Of a DNA stretch of 32,000 bases, positions 30,090-32,000 are shown piece after piece. The notes under the pieces are model-generated. The model did not search any database, was not told where the DNA came from, and was given only the letters and a program-made list of their open reading frames with translations. Where the stretch lies: assembly GCF_902713755.1 (NCBI RefSeq), contig NZ_LR744089.1. One strand, written 5' to 3'. The translations under genes and the position numbers were made by a program. This DNA comes from Candidatus Saccharimonadota bacterium (lineage in GTDB: Bacteria; Pseudomonadota; Gammaproteobacteria; Johnevansiales; Johnevansiaceae). Each line of letters begins with the position of its first letter. Within the stretch, counting starts at the first letter, position 1.

Positions 30090-30162
30090 TGGGTAGTGCA
30101 AGATTTGAACTTGCGACCCTCAGTTTGTAATACTGATGCTCTCCCTACTGAGCTAACCACCC
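30090..30162 (-). tRNA. valT: tRNA-Val (anticodon TAC)
   Basis: Reverse complement GGGTGGTTAGCTCAGTAGGGAGAGCATCAGTATTACAAACTGAGGGTCGCAAGTTCAAATCTTGCACTACCCA. 7-bp acceptor stem, anticodon stem TCAGT/ACTGA, loop AT-TAC-AA. Confidence 0.95.
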
Positions 30163-30810
30163 CTTTACTTTACATAATGCTAACCGAATAATATAATTTG
30201 ATTCTGGAACACGTTCTATATCTAATATTTTTATTTTCTTATTATTTTTTGATCCACTTATTATTCTATTTAAATATAAAACTCCTTTTCCTGTACATAT
30301 AACTTTATTATACTTATACATTTTTATATTTATTTTTTTATTTATATTTATTTTTTTTTCTTTACTTAAAGATATAGGTATATTACAATCATCTCCTTTA
30401 TTTTTTAATTCAAAAATACCTATATTATATATATTTTTACTAATTTTCATACTACTAATTATATATGAATAATTATAATCAAACCACGCACCTAATGCTA
30501 TAGCTTTTAATTTTGATATTTTTAATATCGGTATATTTAAAATATATGCTATTCCTTTACTTATACATTTTATTATTTTTATATTTTTTATATCTCCTAT
30601 TGTTTTCCCATAAATTATATATTTTATTTCTGATAAATTAATTTTTTTTTTATTTAAAATATTTTTTAAAAATAAAAAAAATAAAATATTATTTTCATAT
30701 TTATTTTTTTTATAAAATCCTATTAGTTTTATAATTTTATTTTTTTTTAATTTATATAAAGATATAGAATAATTTATATAAGAATAATCTATTGATAATA
30801 ATATTTTCAT
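30145..30810 (-). CDS. tsaB: tRNA threonylcarbamoyladenosine biosynthesis protein TsaB (YeaZ family), highly diverged. Its last 18 nt lie inside tRNA-Val.
   Basis: 221 aa. MKILLSID (E. coli MRILAIDT) and INLSEIKYIIYGKTIGDIKNIKIIKCISKGIAYILNIPILKISKLKAIALGAW parallel E. coli [52 protein letters not shown]. The rest is too AT-drifted to align by eye. Confidence 0.65.
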   Translation of the reverse strand: MKILLSIDYSYINYSISLYKLKKNKIIKLIGFYKKNKYENNILFFLFLKNILNKKKINLSEIKYIIYGKTIGDIKNIKIIKCISKGIAYILNIPILKISKLKAIALGAWFDYNYSYIISSMKISKNIYNIGIFELKNKGDDCNIPISLSKEKKININKKINIKMYKYNKVICTGKGVLYLNRIISGSKNNKKIKILDIERVPESNYIIRLALCKVKGWLAQ

Positions 30811-30814
30811 TTTT

Positions 30815-31882
30815 TTAATAAATAATTAAATTACGAATATCATCTAATAATTTTATTATAAAATTTAAAAATTTTGCTGCATAAACTCCATTGATAAATC
30901 TATGATCATACGATATACAAATTGGTAACATTATTTTAGGTTTAAATTCTTTTCCATTCCAAATGGGTTTAATTTTATTTTTCCCAATACCTAAAATCCC
31001 TAATTCAGGACTATTAATTATTGGAGTAAAACCTTTACCACCTATTATTCCTAAATTTGATATTGTAAAACAACCCCCTATCATATCATCAATTTTATTT
31101 TGGCCTAATAAAGTTCTTTTGGTTAATTCTTTTAATTCTAAAGCAATATCAATTATATTTTTTTTATCAACATGTTTGATTACAGGAACTAATAAACCTT
31201 TTGATGTATTCATAGCAATACTAATATTCGTATATTTTTTTAAAATTATTTTATTTTTTTTTATATCATAAAACATATTAAATTTATAAAATTTTTTTAA
31301 AGCACACGAACATACTTTTATTATAAAAGATAATAATGTTATTTTTATACCTATTTCATATTTTATTTTTTTTCTAAGTTGTTCTACTTTAGTAACATCT
31401 ATTTCATCAAAATGAGTTACATGAGGTATCGTTATCCAACTATTATGTAAATTTTTAGCACTAATACTTAATATATTTTTTTCTTTTTCTTCTATCTCTT
31501 TTTCTTCTATCTCTTTATTAATATACTTCTGTATATCTTCTTTTAAAATACAATTTTTCTTCCCACTTCCAATTATTTTATTTTTTTCTAAATCAATACC
31601 TATTTTTCTTGCCATTAATTTAACAGCTGGACCTGCTTTAACATTTAAACTAAGTTCTTCTATTTCAATTATTGACTTACCTGAATATATTTTATCACCT
31701 TCTTTTATTAAAATATTTTTTATTTTTCCTGATTTAGGTGAAGGTAAATCTATAGTAGCTTTTTCTGATTCTAAAACTACTATAGTTTCATCTTTTTTTA
31801 TACAATCACCTACTTTTACTGGTATTTCTATTACTTCAACTTTTTTATTTATATCACCTATTTCAGGTAGTTTGATGATCAA
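30815..31882 (-). CDS. aceF: Pyruvate dehydrogenase E2 (dihydrolipoamide acetyltransferase) with a single lipoyl domain. TTG start.
   Basis: 355 aa. The lipoyl domain IKLPEIGDINKKVEVIEIPVKVGDCIKKDETIVVLESEKATIDLPSPKSGKIKNILIKEGDKI parallels the E. coli AceF repeats ([45 protein letters not shown]). E3-binding segment AGPAVKLMARKIGIDL. Catalytic end ISYDHRFINGVYAAKFL. Preceded by the aceE 3' end. Confidence 0.9.
   Translation of the reverse strand: MIIKLPEIGDINKKVEVIEIPVKVGDCIKKDETIVVLESEKATIDLPSPKSGKIKNILIKEGDKIYSGKSIIEIEELSLNVKAGPAVKLMARKIGIDLEKNKIIGSGKKNCILKEDIQKYINKEIEEKEIEEKEKNILSISAKNLHNSWITIPHVTHFDEIDVTKVEQLRKKIKYEIGIKITLLSFIIKVCSCALKKFYKFNMFYDIKKNKIILKKYTNISIAMNTSKGLLVPVIKHVDKKNIIDIALELKELTKRTLLGQNKIDDMIGGCFTISNLGIIGGKGFTPIINSPELGILGIGKNKIKPIWNGKEFKPKIMLPICISYDHRFINGVYAAKFLNFIIKLLDDIRNLIIY
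31489..31517 (-). repeat. 15-bp tandem duplication in the aceF inter-domain linker (encodes EIEEK EIEEK)
   Basis: Read directly: cttctatctcttttt (31489-31503) followed by cttctatctcttta (31504-31517). Confidence 0.85.
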
Positions 31883-31893
31883 ATTTTTTCCTT

Positions 31894-32000
31894 TTATAAC
31901 ATTAATGGATTTATTTTTTTAGTATTTATATCAAATTTTTTTAAAGCATTTTTTACAATTGACCTATCTATTATTCCTTTGTTATTTAGTGATTTTAAAG
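31894..32000 (-). CDS. aceE: Pyruvate dehydrogenase E1 component, C-terminal 34 codons (gene runs off the window end)
   Basis: My reverse translation of 31998-31894 gives LKSLNNKGIIDRSIVKNALKKFDINTKKINPLML*. This parallels the E. coli AceE C-terminus as I remember it (...EGKIDKKVVADAIAKFNIDADKVNPRLA*). It lies immediately upstream of aceF. Confidence 0.6.
   Translation of the reverse strand, partial: LKSLNNKGIIDRSIVKNALKKFDINTKKINPLML

Noticed and set aside
1-32000. Possibility that the window hides a novel or accessory system (defence, toxin, secretion, mobile element or CRISPR).
   Set aside because: Every ORF of meaningful length on the coding strand is assigned to a conserved housekeeping family with recognisable motifs. 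Non-genic sequence totals only about 540 nt, and the longest gap is 98 nt. There are no unassigned genes, no integrase or transposase-like ORFs, and no repeat-spacer arrays.

Overview
This window is an extremely AT-rich (roughly 20-25% G+C by eye), almost gap-free stretch of a highly reduced proteobacterial genome. It most likely comes from an obligate insect endosymbiont with a tiny genome. I can assign every substantial reverse-strand ORF, plus one forward ORF, to a well-known housekeeping family: 36 CDS (2 truncated by the window edges) and 6 tRNAs. By my count only about 540 nt (about 1.7%) is non-genic.

Reading along the minus strand from the high-coordinate end, the order is: aceE(3' end)-aceF-tsaB-tRNA-Val-tRNA-Asp-rpsF-rpsR-rplI-dnaB-rsmA, then tsaD (the only plus-strand gene), then rpsU-rpoD-cyoABCDE-tRNA-Tyr-Gly-Thr-Trp-secE-nusG-rplKAJL-rpoBC-rpsLG-fusA-tuf-rpsJ-rplCDWB-rpsS-rplV-rpsC(5' end). 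Having rpoBC directly followed by the str and S10 operons is the non-enteric proteobacterial arrangement (Pseudomonas/Oceanospirillales-like or betaproteobacterial). The compaction and overlapping genes resemble Carsonella-like symbionts, but I cannot identify the organism without a database search. The standard genetic code applies, since TGA terminates rpoB and rplC where homologs end.

I find no mobile elements, CRISPR arrays, defence or toxin genes, or unassigned ORFs, so I see no evidence for a novel multi-gene system here. The points worth a second look are signatures of genome erosion and compaction:
- a perfect in-frame 9-bp microsatellite inside fusA
- loss of dnaG from the rpsU-dnaG-rpoD operon
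- fusion of many normally independent operons with loss of r-protein regulatory leaders
- one perfect consensus sigma70 promoter retained in front of rpsL
- a tRNA embedded in the 3' end of tsaB
- a 14-bp tandem triplication spanning the overlapping stop codons of tsaD and rsmA
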